A DNA stretch of 43,705 nt from Treponema sp. (GTDB lineage: Bacteria; Spirochaetota; Spirochaetia; Treponematales; Breznakiellaceae), in the NCBI GenBank assembly GCA_031290325.1, contig JAITNU010000033.1, positions 1-43,705 of the forward strand, in the 5' to 3' direction. This document shows, piece after piece, positions 34,334 through 43,486 of this stretch. The notes below the pieces were generated by a model that was given only the letters and a program-made list of their open reading frames with translations, made no database searches and was not told the origin of the DNA. A program made the translations under genes and the position numbers. How positions within the stretch are numbered: the stretch's first letter is position 1; each line of letters opens with the position of its first letter.

Positions 34334-35308
34334 ATGAATATTAAAGCAGGCTTGCATAAAACCGAAATGGGAACCGCGCCGTTTCTGATATTTTCTTTTG
34401 TGGTGATAGGTTTCTGTTTTGCTGTGGTAAACCGGTCGTTTCTTTCCTTTGCAAACTTTATGGATATTCTGATGCGGGTCTCCGTGACCGCTCCTATTGC
34501 AATTGGTATCATGTTTTGCCTTACCGTAAAAGGTATCGATCTGAGTTCCGGTACCGTAGTAGGGTTAGGGGGTATTCTGTTGGTCAATATGGTAAAAGCC
34601 GGATACCCTCTGGGTATCTCTGTAGCGGCAGTATTACTGTTTGGTATATTTATCGGTCTTGTTGACGGGATATTAATCGCAAAACTTAATATGAACCCCT
34701 TCGTTGCGACCCTGGCTATTATGTTTGTCGGTTCAAGTTTTGAAAAGGTGATGACCCAGGGCGGGCTGCCCATCTACCTTTATGGAGATAAGTATTCCCT
34801 GGCAAAGATCTACCGGGGTACTTTGGCGGGGATACCCTATCCGATACTGTTCTTTGTCCTTCTGGTGGTTCTTATTTATCTGGTTTATGAAAAAACCATT
34901 GTGGGAAGGCGGCTGAAGGCTTCGGGGGAAAGTATCAGGGGCGCTGCCAACGCAGGCATTAATGTAAGGTTTTATTATGGTTTGGCCTATGCTGCCGCGG
35001 CCCTCTTGGCGGCGTACTCCGGCATCATCGTGGCGTCCCAGGTACAGTCCGGTCAGCCCCTGGTGGGCCAGTCCTATCTTTGGGATGCCATCGGTTCGGC
35101 GTATCTTAGCACCACCCTCTCTAAAAACAGAAGGCCCAATGTACTGGGTACTGTATTCGGGACTCTTTTTCTCTCGGTGATAAGTAATGGCCTGACCATT
35201 TTGGGCATGGCGTTTTACTGGAAAACCTTCTTTAGCGGGCTCATTATTCTCTTTATTCTTCTTACCTCTGTGGTTAACCGGAGCTTTTTAAGCAGGGCAA
35301 AGGTATAG
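34334..35308 (+). CDS. sugar ABC transporter permease 2
   Basis: ORF 34304..35308 starts at TTG. In-frame ATGs lie at 34319, 34328 and 34334. GGAGAG sits 7 nt before 34334. Polytopic, with an RRLKASGESIRGAANAGIN loop. Confidence 0.8.
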   Translation: MNIKAGLHKTEMGTAPFLIFSFVVIGFCFAVVNRSFLSFANFMDILMRVSVTAPIAIGIMFCLTVKGIDLSSGTVVGLGGILLVNMVKAGYPLGISVAAVLLFGIFIGLVDGILIAKLNMNPFVATLAIMFVGSSFEKVMTQGGLPIYLYGDKYSLAKIYRGTLAGIPYPILFFVLLVVLIYLVYEKTIVGRRLKASGESIRGAANAGINVRFYYGLAYAAAALLAAYSGIIVASQVQSGQPLVGQSYLWDAIGSAYLSTTLSKNRRPNVLGTVFGTLFLSVISNGLTILGMAFYWKTFFSGLIILFILLTSVVNRSFLSRAKV

Positions 35309-35311
35309 AAC

Positions 35312-36847
35312 ATGAAGGAAAATATAATCGGTATTGATATAGGTACCTCTTCAATTAAAGCCGCAGTGATTGACGGTGAGGGTAACAATCTGGGAAAAGG
35401 ATCTTCCAAGGTAACTGTTAACCGGGCACGGAATAACTGGTCGGAACAGGATATGGAAGAGGTGTGGCAGGCTGCGGCCTTCTGTATCCGGCAATGTCTT
35501 CAGGATGCCGGCCTTACAGGGGATGATATCGCCGGGCTGTGCTCAAGCGGACAGGGGGACGGCGCCTGGATGATTGATGACCGGGGGATGCCCTTAGGAC
35601 CGGCGGTGCTTTGGAATGATAACCGGGCGGCATCTATCGTTTCCCAATGGGAAGCCTCGGGTCTTCTGGCAAAGGTTTATTCCAAGACAGCTACGGTATT
35701 GTGGCCTGGTTCTATGGCGGGGATTATGGCCTGGTTCCGGGATAATAACCCGGAGGCTTTGAAAAATCTTAAAACCATTTTCTGTTGTAAAGATTGGGTC
35801 AACTACTGCCTCACCGGAGAGAAACTTACCGATACGACCGATGGCAGTATTCCCTTTACAAACTTAAAAACCCGTTCCTATGACCGTTCCCTCCTTGATG
35901 ATTTGCAGCTGGAATTTCTGGAAGATAAACTGCCCCCAATTCGGGATTCCGCTTCCGTGGCAGGGCAGGTTCATGCCAAGGCTGCTGAACTGACCGGCCT
36001 TAAAAAAGGGACCCCGGTTATTACAGGGCTTTTGGATGTCGCCGCGAATGCCCTTGGCGCGGGGCTTACCCTTCCGGGACAGGCCCTTCTGATTCTGGGG
36101 ACCACCTCGCTGCTCGCCGCCGTTCTGGGAGCGGCGCCGGCGGACAGTAGAAATGTGGGAGCCGCGCTTCTTCACGGGGTGGGCGGAACCTGGCTGCGGG
36201 TATTCGGCGCCCAGTCGGGGACCCCCAATGTGGATTGGATGGCCTATGCGTTTAATATTCTTAAAGGGGAGGGCGATAAAAGGGTCCCCGATTTTATTGA
36301 AATGGATCGGCTTATCGCGGCATCCCCTCCGGGCTCCCGGGGTATCCTCTACCATCCCTTCCTTGCCGGAGAACGGGCGCCGTTCCTGAATCCCCTGGCA
36401 ACTTCGTCTTTTTTTGGTATTACCGCTTCCGCAAATGCCGGGGATCTCTGCCGCTCCGTGTACGAAGGGGTAGCCCTTTCGGCTAAACACTGCCTGGCGG
36501 AAATGGATTTTGATGTCCGCGCAATAGTTATGACCGGCGGCGGAACCAGGAGCGATCTTTGGTGCCGTATTATCGCGGATGTGATGAACTGTGAAATAAG
36601 CGTTCCCCAGGGTGAAGAATTGGGGATCATCGGTTCCGCTGTTGTCGGTGGAACGGGTATTGGTCTCCATAAGTCCTATGAAGAGGCAATCAGCCGTATA
36701 GTGAAGGAAAAATATCATTACCATCCGGATCCGAAAAACACGCCTGTTTATGATGATATATTTCCCTTATATCGGGAACTCATAACCCTCATGGGTGGAT
36801 ATTGGAAAAAAAGAAATACGATCGTTGAGAAATGGAACAATCTATGA
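35312..36847 (+). CDS. FGGY-family carbohydrate kinase
   Basis: 511 aa. GIDIGTSSIKA is the N-terminal phosphate-binding motif. Also SGQGDGAW, GLLDVAANALGAG and MTGGGTRSDLW. From memory it looks closer to the L-xylulose/3-keto-L-gulonate kinase branch than to XylB. This is unverified. Confidence 0.85.
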   Translation: MKENIIGIDIGTSSIKAAVIDGEGNNLGKGSSKVTVNRARNNWSEQDMEEVWQAAAFCIRQCLQDAGLTGDDIAGLCSSGQGDGAWMIDDRGMPLGPAVLWNDNRAASIVSQWEASGLLAKVYSKTATVLWPGSMAGIMAWFRDNNPEALKNLKTIFCCKDWVNYCLTGEKLTDTTDGSIPFTNLKTRSYDRSLLDDLQLEFLEDKLPPIRDSASVAGQVHAKAAELTGLKKGTPVITGLLDVAANALGAGLTLPGQALLILGTTSLLAAVLGAAPADSRNVGAALLHGVGGTWLRVFGAQSGTPNVDWMAYAFNILKGEGDKRVPDFIEMDRLIAASPPGSRGILYHPFLAGERAPFLNPLATSSFFGITASANAGDLCRSVYEGVALSAKHCLAEMDFDVRAIVMTGGGTRSDLWCRIIADVMNCEISVPQGEELGIIGSAVVGGTGIGLHKSYEEAISRIVKEKYHYHPDPKNTPVYDDIFPLYRELITLMGGYWKKRNTIVEKWNNL

Positions 36848-36885
36848 CAGGGAAATACATAAATAATCATGATGGAGGTTACGCA

Positions 36886-37824
36886 ATGTCTATTCTGCAA
36901 CGGGAAGCATGGATGGTTGACTGCGAAAAAATGGCGCAGCGTATTCGGCTTCGGGTATACGAATATGTTATTAAAAACCGGGGCGGGTATCTGAGCCAGG
37001 CATGTTCTTCGGCGGAAACCTTTGCGGTCCTGTATTCAAAGGTAATGAAACTTGCTCCCAGTAAGGCGCCTATGATCCCCCTTGCGTTTCAGGGGGTTCC
37101 CGGGCCGGACAATCCCAACTACCTGCGGGGAGGGCTTTACAACGGCGGATACGAACCGGACTGTGATACTTTTATTTTTTCGCCCGCTCATTATGCCCTG
37201 GTGCTTTACACGGCTCTCATTGAAACGGGAAGATTGGATCCTTCAAGCCTTCAGCTTTTTAATAAAGACGGCAGCGTTCTGGAGATGATCAGCGCCGAAC
37301 ATTCTCCCGGGGCGGATACCACAACCGGCTCCTTAGCTCAGGCAATCAGCCAGGCTGCGGGAATGGCCCTGGGCCGGCGGCTGCTTAAAGAGAAGGGCAG
37401 GGTATGGGTGTTTATGAGCGACGGTGAATTCCAGGAAGGGCAAGTGTGGGAAACCGTTCAAATCCTGGTCCATTATAAACTTGATACGGTAGGTGTGTAT
37501 GTTGATGTGAACAGCCAGCAATGCGATGGAAAGATGGCCGATGTGCTTGATATCGGAGACCTGCGAAAAAAACTCGAAGCATTTGGCTGCAGGGCGGTGA
37601 CGGTGGATGGACATGATGTGGCTGCTCTGGCAAAACCCGCCGGGGAAGCCCGGGACGGAAGGCCCCTCTTTGTGCTTGCTAAAACCGATCCGGCCCGGGG
37701 AGTCGAGCTTTTCCGGGAGCGGGCGCCGAAATTACATTATCTGCGTTTTACCACCGATGAAGAATTTCTCAGGTACAAACAGGATTATGAACGGCTTGCA
37801 AAGGAGTATGCGTCATGGAAATAG
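36886..37824 (+). CDS. transketolase, N-terminal (TPP-binding) subunit
   Basis: ORF 36832..37824. GGAGGT lies 6 nt before the ATG at 36886. Motifs GGYLSQACSSAE, SPAHYA and MSDGEFQEGQVWE are typical of split transketolase N subunits. Confidence 0.85.
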   Translation: MSILQREAWMVDCEKMAQRIRLRVYEYVIKNRGGYLSQACSSAETFAVLYSKVMKLAPSKAPMIPLAFQGVPGPDNPNYLRGGLYNGGYEPDCDTFIFSPAHYALVLYTALIETGRLDPSSLQLFNKDGSVLEMISAEHSPGADTTTGSLAQAISQAAGMALGRRLLKEKGRVWVFMSDGEFQEGQVWETVQILVHYKLDTVGVYVDVNSQQCDGKMADVLDIGDLRKKLEAFGCRAVTVDGHDVAALAKPAGEARDGRPLFVLAKTDPARGVELFRERAPKLHYLRFTTDEEFLRYKQDYERLAKEYASWK

Positions 37825-38822
37825 TACAGCGCCCCTATCAAAACGAATTCCTCCGCTGGTCCCGGGATAAGGAAAAAGTGTTAACCCTTACCGCGGATTT
37901 GACCAATTCCTGTGAAGTTGGCGTTTGGGCAAAGGAATATCCGGATCGTTATTTCGCCATGGGATTGACGGAACAGAACATGATCGGTGTCGCGGCAGGC
38001 CTCGCCCGGAAGGGCTTCTTTCCGTATATTCACACCTTCGCGGTTTTTATTTACCGCCGTCCTCTGGATCAGCTTACCATGTCCGTAGCCTATCCTAATC
38101 TGCCGGTGCGTCTCATGGGATTCCTGCCGGGGATCACCACCCCCGGGGGAGTTACCCATCAAGCCATTGATGACATAGCGATCCTCCGGGCGGTTCCCAA
38201 TATGCGGATCATCTCTATCGGAGACGCTACGGAAGCTGAGACATGCCTTGACGCGATCCAGGCCATAGATGGTCCTGTTTATGTCAGAATGCTCCGGGGA
38301 GAAGTCCCCCGGCTGTTTCCCAGGGAAGATGGCTTTGTTTTTAATCAAGCCCGTGTTTTAAGCCGGGGAAAGGATGTAACCATTATTTCCGAGGGGATCT
38401 GTACCGAAGAGGCCATGCGGGCCACCGCAGCCCTGGCGGCAAAGGGGCTTTCCATCACCCACCTCCATGTTTCAACGATAAAACCCTTTACCGATACCCT
38501 GATCCTTGATGCGATACGGCAGAGCCGCTGCGGTGTTATCTCCCTGGAGAACCATCTTGCTTCCGGCGGGCTCGGCGGAGCCATATCGGAACTTATAACC
38601 GATGAAGGATTGGGGACGAAACTTATCCGCCTGGGGTTACGGGACACCTATGCCCATGGCGCCAGCAAACGCTACTTAATGAAAAAATACGATCTTGATG
38701 CGTTTGCCCTCATCGGTGCTGTTGAAAAGCTGACAGGTAAACAGTTTGGAATAGATGAAGCCGGTCTTGCGGAAGTCAGGATAGAGGCTGTCCATTCAGA
38801 GGCTAAGGCGGAAGCCCTGTAG
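37815..38822 (+). CDS. transketolase, C-terminal (pyrimidine-binding) subunit
   Basis: 335 aa. There is a 10-nt overlap with the N subunit gene. Motifs: FAMGLTEQNMIGVAAGLA, HTFAVF, THQAIDDIAILRAVPNM. Confidence 0.85.
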   Translation: MEIVQRPYQNEFLRWSRDKEKVLTLTADLTNSCEVGVWAKEYPDRYFAMGLTEQNMIGVAAGLARKGFFPYIHTFAVFIYRRPLDQLTMSVAYPNLPVRLMGFLPGITTPGGVTHQAIDDIAILRAVPNMRIISIGDATEAETCLDAIQAIDGPVYVRMLRGEVPRLFPREDGFVFNQARVLSRGKDVTIISEGICTEEAMRATAALAAKGLSITHLHVSTIKPFTDTLILDAIRQSRCGVISLENHLASGGLGGAISELITDEGLGTKLIRLGLRDTYAHGASKRYLMKKYDLDAFALIGAVEKLTGKQFGIDEAGLAEVRIEAVHSEAKAEAL

Positions 38823-38835
38823 AGAGGGGAGGTAT

Positions 38836-39891
38836 ATGAACAGTGTAATGAAAGCCGCTGTGTATTACAACAATACGGATATTCGGATCGAAGAAGTCCC
38901 GGTACCGGAAATTGATGAAAATGAAATTCTCATCAAGACCATGGCGTGCGGACTCTGCGGCGGCGAGTCCATGGAGTGGTATCATATCAAACGGGCGCCC
39001 AAGGTGATGGGGCATGAACCGGCGGGGCTGATTGCCCGGGTTGGACGGAACGTTAAAACCCTGAAAGAGGGGGATCGGGTTTTTGTGAATCATCATGTAC
39101 CTCAGTTGAATTCCCACCAATCCCTGCGGGGGCATTTTACCAAGGACGCAGGCTACAAAAAATCCGAGCTTAAGCCCGGGGGAATGTGCGAATATTTTAA
39201 GGCGTCGGCGGATCACGTGAGGAACGGAACCTTTATTCTTCCCGGGGATATGGATTTTGGAACCGCTACTCTCCTGGAACCCTGGGGTTGTGTTTTGGGG
39301 GGCCTCAAGGTTTGCGGTATCAGACCCGGAGACACTGTGGCGGTAGTGGGCTGCGGTTTCATGGGGCAGGGTTTTGTTCACCTTTCCCGCCTTTTTGGCG
39401 CAGGACTGGTCTTTGCCTGTGATCTCTCTGATTGGCGGTTGAACAAGGCCCTGGAGTTTGGGGCAAGCCATACTATCAATCCCGCAAAAGAAGATGTAGT
39501 TCAAAAATTACAAGACCTGAACCATGGCAGAAGGGCCGATGTGGTGATCATGACGGTCCCTTCAATTAAAACTCTGGAGCAGGCGTTCAGAATGGCGGAA
39601 ACCGGAGCTACCATACACATGAACGCCCCTCCTCCCGCAGAAGATGTGATGAAATTTATCCCTTCCGATATGTATGACCGGGAAATTTCGTTAACCACCA
39701 AATACTCGGCGGATCAATTTGACGTGTATCAGCTCTTCCGGCTCTTTGAAGCAAAGCGGCTGGAACCGAAAAAGGCGATTACCCATAAATTCGAGCTGGG
39801 CGGAATAAACGAAGCGTTCCGGCTGCTGGTAAAAGGGGACCAATCTTTAAAATCCATAATCTATCCTCATGGGATAGATACAGTAAGCTAA
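38836..39891 (+). CDS. zinc-dependent medium-chain dehydrogenase (polyol/sorbitol dehydrogenase-like)
   Basis: 351 aa. CGLCGGE and GHEPAG are Zn-ligand motifs. VVGCGFMGQG is the NAD Rossmann motif. Confidence 0.85.
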   Translation: MNSVMKAAVYYNNTDIRIEEVPVPEIDENEILIKTMACGLCGGESMEWYHIKRAPKVMGHEPAGLIARVGRNVKTLKEGDRVFVNHHVPQLNSHQSLRGHFTKDAGYKKSELKPGGMCEYFKASADHVRNGTFILPGDMDFGTATLLEPWGCVLGGLKVCGIRPGDTVAVVGCGFMGQGFVHLSRLFGAGLVFACDLSDWRLNKALEFGASHTINPAKEDVVQKLQDLNHGRRADVVIMTVPSIKTLEQAFRMAETGATIHMNAPPPAEDVMKFIPSDMYDREISLTTKYSADQFDVYQLFRLFEAKRLEPKKAITHKFELGGINEAFRLLVKGDQSLKSIIYPHGIDTVS

Positions 39892-39903
39892 GGAAGGATA
39901 GTT

Positions 39904-40560
39904 ATGATGTACGAGGAACTGCGGAACGAAGTGTACGAAATGAATATGGAGTTATTCAATGAAGGGCTTGTGGTCTGGACCGGTGGGAATGTCAGCGGTC
40001 TGGCTGCGGAAAAGGGGCATATTGTTATAAAACCCAGCGGCGTTCCCTTTAAAAAATTGTCCCCGCAGAATATGGTGGTGACGGATTTGAATGGCAGTGT
40101 TGTGGAGGGGGATCTTGCCCCTTCGGTTGATCTGCCGGTACATATCTATATCTATAAGCATCGTCCCGATGTCAGGGGGATTTCTCATACCCATTCTCCC
40201 TACGCAACCAGCTTTGCCCTTCTGGGACAGCCCATTCCCGCGGCATTAAGCCCTATCGTACATCTACTGGGCTCCGAAGTGCCCTGTTCCCGGTATGCCC
40301 AGGCGGCCTACGAAGATACGGGCAAGGCGATAATTGAGGCCGCCGGGGAAAAGGGCTTGGTAGTGCTGGTTCAGCGCCACGGTGTTTTTACCATGGGCAA
40401 GACGCCCAATGAATCGGTCAAAATAGCGACCCAGGTGGAAGAGGCGGCGCGGACCATTCACTATGCGATGCAGCGGGGAAAGGTGGAACCCATGCCGGAT
40501 GATGAGATAAAGCGGTGCTATGATTTTTATCACGCTAATTACGGGCAGGAGAAACATTAA
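39904..40560 (+). CDS. class II aldolase family, L-ribulose-5-phosphate 4-epimerase-like (AraD/SgbE/UlaF type)
   Basis: 218 aa. WTGGNVSG, IKPSGVPF and HTHSPYATSFA match the AraD-type pattern. Confidence 0.8.
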   Translation: MMYEELRNEVYEMNMELFNEGLVVWTGGNVSGLAAEKGHIVIKPSGVPFKKLSPQNMVVTDLNGSVVEGDLAPSVDLPVHIYIYKHRPDVRGISHTHSPYATSFALLGQPIPAALSPIVHLLGSEVPCSRYAQAAYEDTGKAIIEAAGEKGLVVLVQRHGVFTMGKTPNESVKIATQVEEAARTIHYAMQRGKVEPMPDDEIKRCYDFYHANYGQEKH

Positions 40561-40567
40561 AATAAAG

Positions 40568-41503
40568 ATGACAAGCAAAGAAAATCCGGAACTTTTAACC
40601 CGCATTGCATGGATGTATTATTTCGGAGGCATGAACCAACAGGAAATAGCGGATGAATTTTCCTGTTCCCGGATTAAGATAGTCCGGCTGTTAAAACAGA
40701 CCCTTGATTCAGGGCTGGTGCATTTCACCATCAGCGGTTCAAACTATTCACTTTTCAGCCTGGAAAGGGAACTGAAAGCGGCAGCGAATCTTAAATACTG
40801 TTTGGTGGTTCCCTCCCTTCCGGATCTCTCGGACGCGCTTTCAAGAGGCGCCGCGTATCTTTGCAATGATATTATTCAAATGAAGGGAAGTTTAGGCGTC
40901 GGCCTTTCCCGAACCCTTGGCCGAATGTACCGGTATCTGGATAAGGAAAAGTGCCGGATCAATTCCGTTATTTCCATCTGCGGTACTACGAATCCCAACC
41001 TGGCGTTAACCCAATTAAACAGTGGATTTCATATTGCCCAGGCGCTGGAAGTTGATTTTTATACTATCTGGGCGCCGGTTATTGTCGGGCCCGAGGTAGA
41101 CGCCAAATCAATTAAACAGGACATATACATTTCCATGGTTCTTGAAATGGCCGAGAAAGCCGATTATGCCCTTATCGGTATAGGAAATACCGCAGATTCC
41201 CCGCTTCTGGAGATGGAGTATATTTCTGATGAGGATTATAAGACCATTACTTCAAGCGGTGCGGAAGGAGAAATTTTAGGAAGGTACTTTTCAATGGATG
41301 GGAAGATTAAAAATACCGGTACTGAAAAAAGGGTAATTTCCGTTGACTTTCCCATGCGGTGTCCTGTTATTGCCACCGCCGGCGGACTCGGCAAGAGCAG
41401 GGCCATTGTAAGTGTCATACGGTCAGGTTGGATTCAGGGTTTGGTTACCGATGAAAAAGCCGCACTAGGGGTGCTTGAACTATTGCGGGATCAATCCGCA
41501 TAA
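40568..41503 (+). CDS. SorC-family sugar-binding transcriptional regulator
   Basis: ORF 40520..41503. The likely start is MTSKENPELLTRIAWMYYFGGMNQQEIADEFSCSRIKIVRLL at 40568. An HTH is followed by a sugar-phosphate-binding domain. Confidence 0.8.
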   Translation: MTSKENPELLTRIAWMYYFGGMNQQEIADEFSCSRIKIVRLLKQTLDSGLVHFTISGSNYSLFSLERELKAAANLKYCLVVPSLPDLSDALSRGAAYLCNDIIQMKGSLGVGLSRTLGRMYRYLDKEKCRINSVISICGTTNPNLALTQLNSGFHIAQALEVDFYTIWAPVIVGPEVDAKSIKQDIYISMVLEMAEKADYALIGIGNTADSPLLEMEYISDEDYKTITSSGAEGEILGRYFSMDGKIKNTGTEKRVISVDFPMRCPVIATAGGLGKSRAIVSVIRSGWIQGLVTDEKAALGVLELLRDQSA

Positions 41504-41520
41504 ATTATTGGAGGATACTA

Positions 41521-42170
41521 TGCTTTTAAAAGAAGAACGGGAACTGATTACCGAATATGGCAGGAAGATGAGTCGTGAAAATCTGGTCAAGGGTACGGGC
41601 GGAAACATAAGTATCTTTTCCCGGAAAGACAATCTTATGGTTATATCCCCCGGCAGCAAGGCTTATGACACCATTGCTGCTGAGGATGTAATGGTTACGG
41701 ACCTGGAGGGGAAGGTCATCGAGGGACGGTGTAAGCCTTCGAGTGAATTCCGGATGCATGCAATATTCTATGCAAAACGGAAGGATATCAACTCTGTGGT
41801 CCATACCCATTCAATAAATGCTACGGCGCTGTCCTGCCTCAGGATCAATTTACCGCCGATTTATTACCTTACCATTGCGGCAGGTCCGGAGGTCCGCTGT
41901 GCCCCTTATGCGCTGATGGGTACCTCGGAACTGGCCCAGGCTGCTTTTGAAACCATGCAGAATGATTATGCTGTTTTGTTGGCGAACCACGGTGTATTAA
42001 CCGCGGCGGATAATCTTGATTTTGCTTATTATCTGGCCGAACAAGTGGAATACGCGGCGGAACTTTATATCAAGAGTCGTATTGTAGGACAGCCGGTTAA
42101 TTTAAAGGAGCATGAAATAAACGATATGGTAACGATATTTGATACCCTGCGGTATGGAAAAAAGCAATGA
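41521..42170 (+). CDS. class II aldolase/adducin family protein (FucA-like aldolase or epimerase)
   Basis: ORF 41475..42170. GGAGGA lies 4 nt before the ATG at 41521. Motifs GTGGNISI, ISPGSKAY, HTHSINATA and LLANHGVL. Confidence 0.8.
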
Positions 42171-43201
42171 AGATACTGATCATCGGCGAATTAAGCGAGG
42201 CGGTACTTGAAAAACTTAGATCCTTTGGGGAGATTACCGTTTCCCTGCCCGAAGCTGACAGGGATTTAAGCGCCGCCGAAGTTATTGCTCTGCTGGAAAA
42301 AAACAAAAGTGAAGTTATCGTGGTAGATGCTACTCCCCTGGGGGCTGATATTCTGAGGATGGCGCCTTCGCTAAAGATGGTGGTCTGCACCCGGGGTAAT
42401 CCAGTCAATGTGGATGCCCGGTATTGTTCGGAACACGGTATTATTCTTACCAATACACCAGGACGGAACGCGAACGCCGTAGCGGAATTCGTATTAGCTA
42501 TGATGATAAACCTCCTGCGCAATATTCCTCAGGCTCTGAGGCGGCTGGATAGTGGCGAATTATGCCTTAAGGGAGATGTCAGGACAGCCATAGCCGCAGG
42601 TAAGAATACCCGGGACATAATATGGCGGAATGATAAGCTGCCGGTTATACCTTACTTTGACTTTATGGGGAGTGAAATTTTCGGGAAAGACCTTGGCCTT
42701 GTGGGCCTGGGAGCCGTTGGCAAGCTGGTTGCGGAAAAAGCTCTTGTCCTGGGCATGCAAGTCAAAGCCTATGATCCCTATTATAAAGGTCCGCTCCTTC
42801 CCGGCCTTGAACTGGCGGAACTTGATGATATTGCATCCCAAGCGGATATTATCAGCCTCCATGCCAAGGATACTCCGGAGACCCAGGGTATGATCGGCAA
42901 GAGTTTTTTTAAGCGGCTTAAACCTGGCTCTTACCTTATCAATACTGCCAGAGGCAGGCTTGTAGACCGGGACGCGCTCTTGGAAGCGCTGGACTCCGGG
43001 ATTGTTGCCGGCGCCGCACTGGATGTTTTTGACTATGAGCCCCTCTGCCGGGATGATCCGCTCCTCCATCACCCCAAAATTATCTGTACTCCCCATATCG
43101 GCGGAGCCAGCAGGGATGTGGTTCTGCAGCATTCTATTATGGCTTTCGAGTCAATTAAAGCCTATGACGAAGGGGCCGGAGAAATACCTAACCATAAATA
43201 A
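42167..43201 (+). CDS. D-isomer-specific 2-hydroxyacid dehydrogenase family protein
   Basis: 344 aa. ATGA overlap with the upstream stop. GLVGLGAVGKLVA is the NAD motif. Also INTARGRLVD and CTPHIGGAS. Confidence 0.85.
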   Translation: MKILIIGELSEAVLEKLRSFGEITVSLPEADRDLSAAEVIALLEKNKSEVIVVDATPLGADILRMAPSLKMVVCTRGNPVNVDARYCSEHGIILTNTPGRNANAVAEFVLAMMINLLRNIPQALRRLDSGELCLKGDVRTAIAAGKNTRDIIWRNDKLPVIPYFDFMGSEIFGKDLGLVGLGAVGKLVAEKALVLGMQVKAYDPYYKGPLLPGLELAELDDIASQADIISLHAKDTPETQGMIGKSFFKRLKPGSYLINTARGRLVDRDALLEALDSGIVAGAALDVFDYEPLCRDDPLLHHPKIICTPHIGGASRDVVLQHSIMAFESIKAYDEGAGEIPNHK

Positions 43202-43228
43202 GAGCAGGGAAATGAAAAATTTTTATAT

Positions 43229-43390
43229 TTGTCAATAATAATCAGCATTATAATGTTATTTGGATTAGTTTTTATTGGTTGCCCGGATGGAAATGACTTG
43301 AATAAAAAAGTTGAAGTTGTAAATGGGGTGTGGGGCAAAAAGACTTCGTTTAACGAGGTTGCAGAAAACCCCTGGACAAACAAGCTGTAA
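43229..43390 (+). pseudogene. small lipoprotein-like ORF, possibly frameshifted
   Basis: The frame beginning at TTG 43229 encodes SIIIISIIMLFGLVFIGCPDGNDLNKKVEVVNGVWGKK..., with a lipobox FIGC but no basic n-region. An ATG at 43212 (MKNFYICQ*) sits in another frame across an A5T5 tract. Confidence 0.3.
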
Positions 43391-43486
43391 ACAGGCTATA
43401 ATCATGGCATTATGGCACATTACATGACATAGGACGCCTGTTTTTAAGCATCAATCTGCGGGAATTTTTGTCGACGCACCAGCTGA

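Noticed and set aside
35864-36724. 286-aa minus-strand ORF inside the FGGY kinase gene. Similar cases are 38803..39504, 42560..43132 and 34270..34773.
   Set aside because: They are antisense to genes with clear family motifs. Their composition is Arg/Gly/Pro-rich and no start context is present.
30806-36847. Interpreting the importer + FGGY kinase + SorC set as a bona fide lsr (AI-2) operon
   Set aside because: No LsrF or LsrG equivalents are present. The accompanying enzymes (transketolase, Zn-ADH, class II aldolases) point to carbohydrate catabolism. The AI-2 idea is retained only as a remote alternative.
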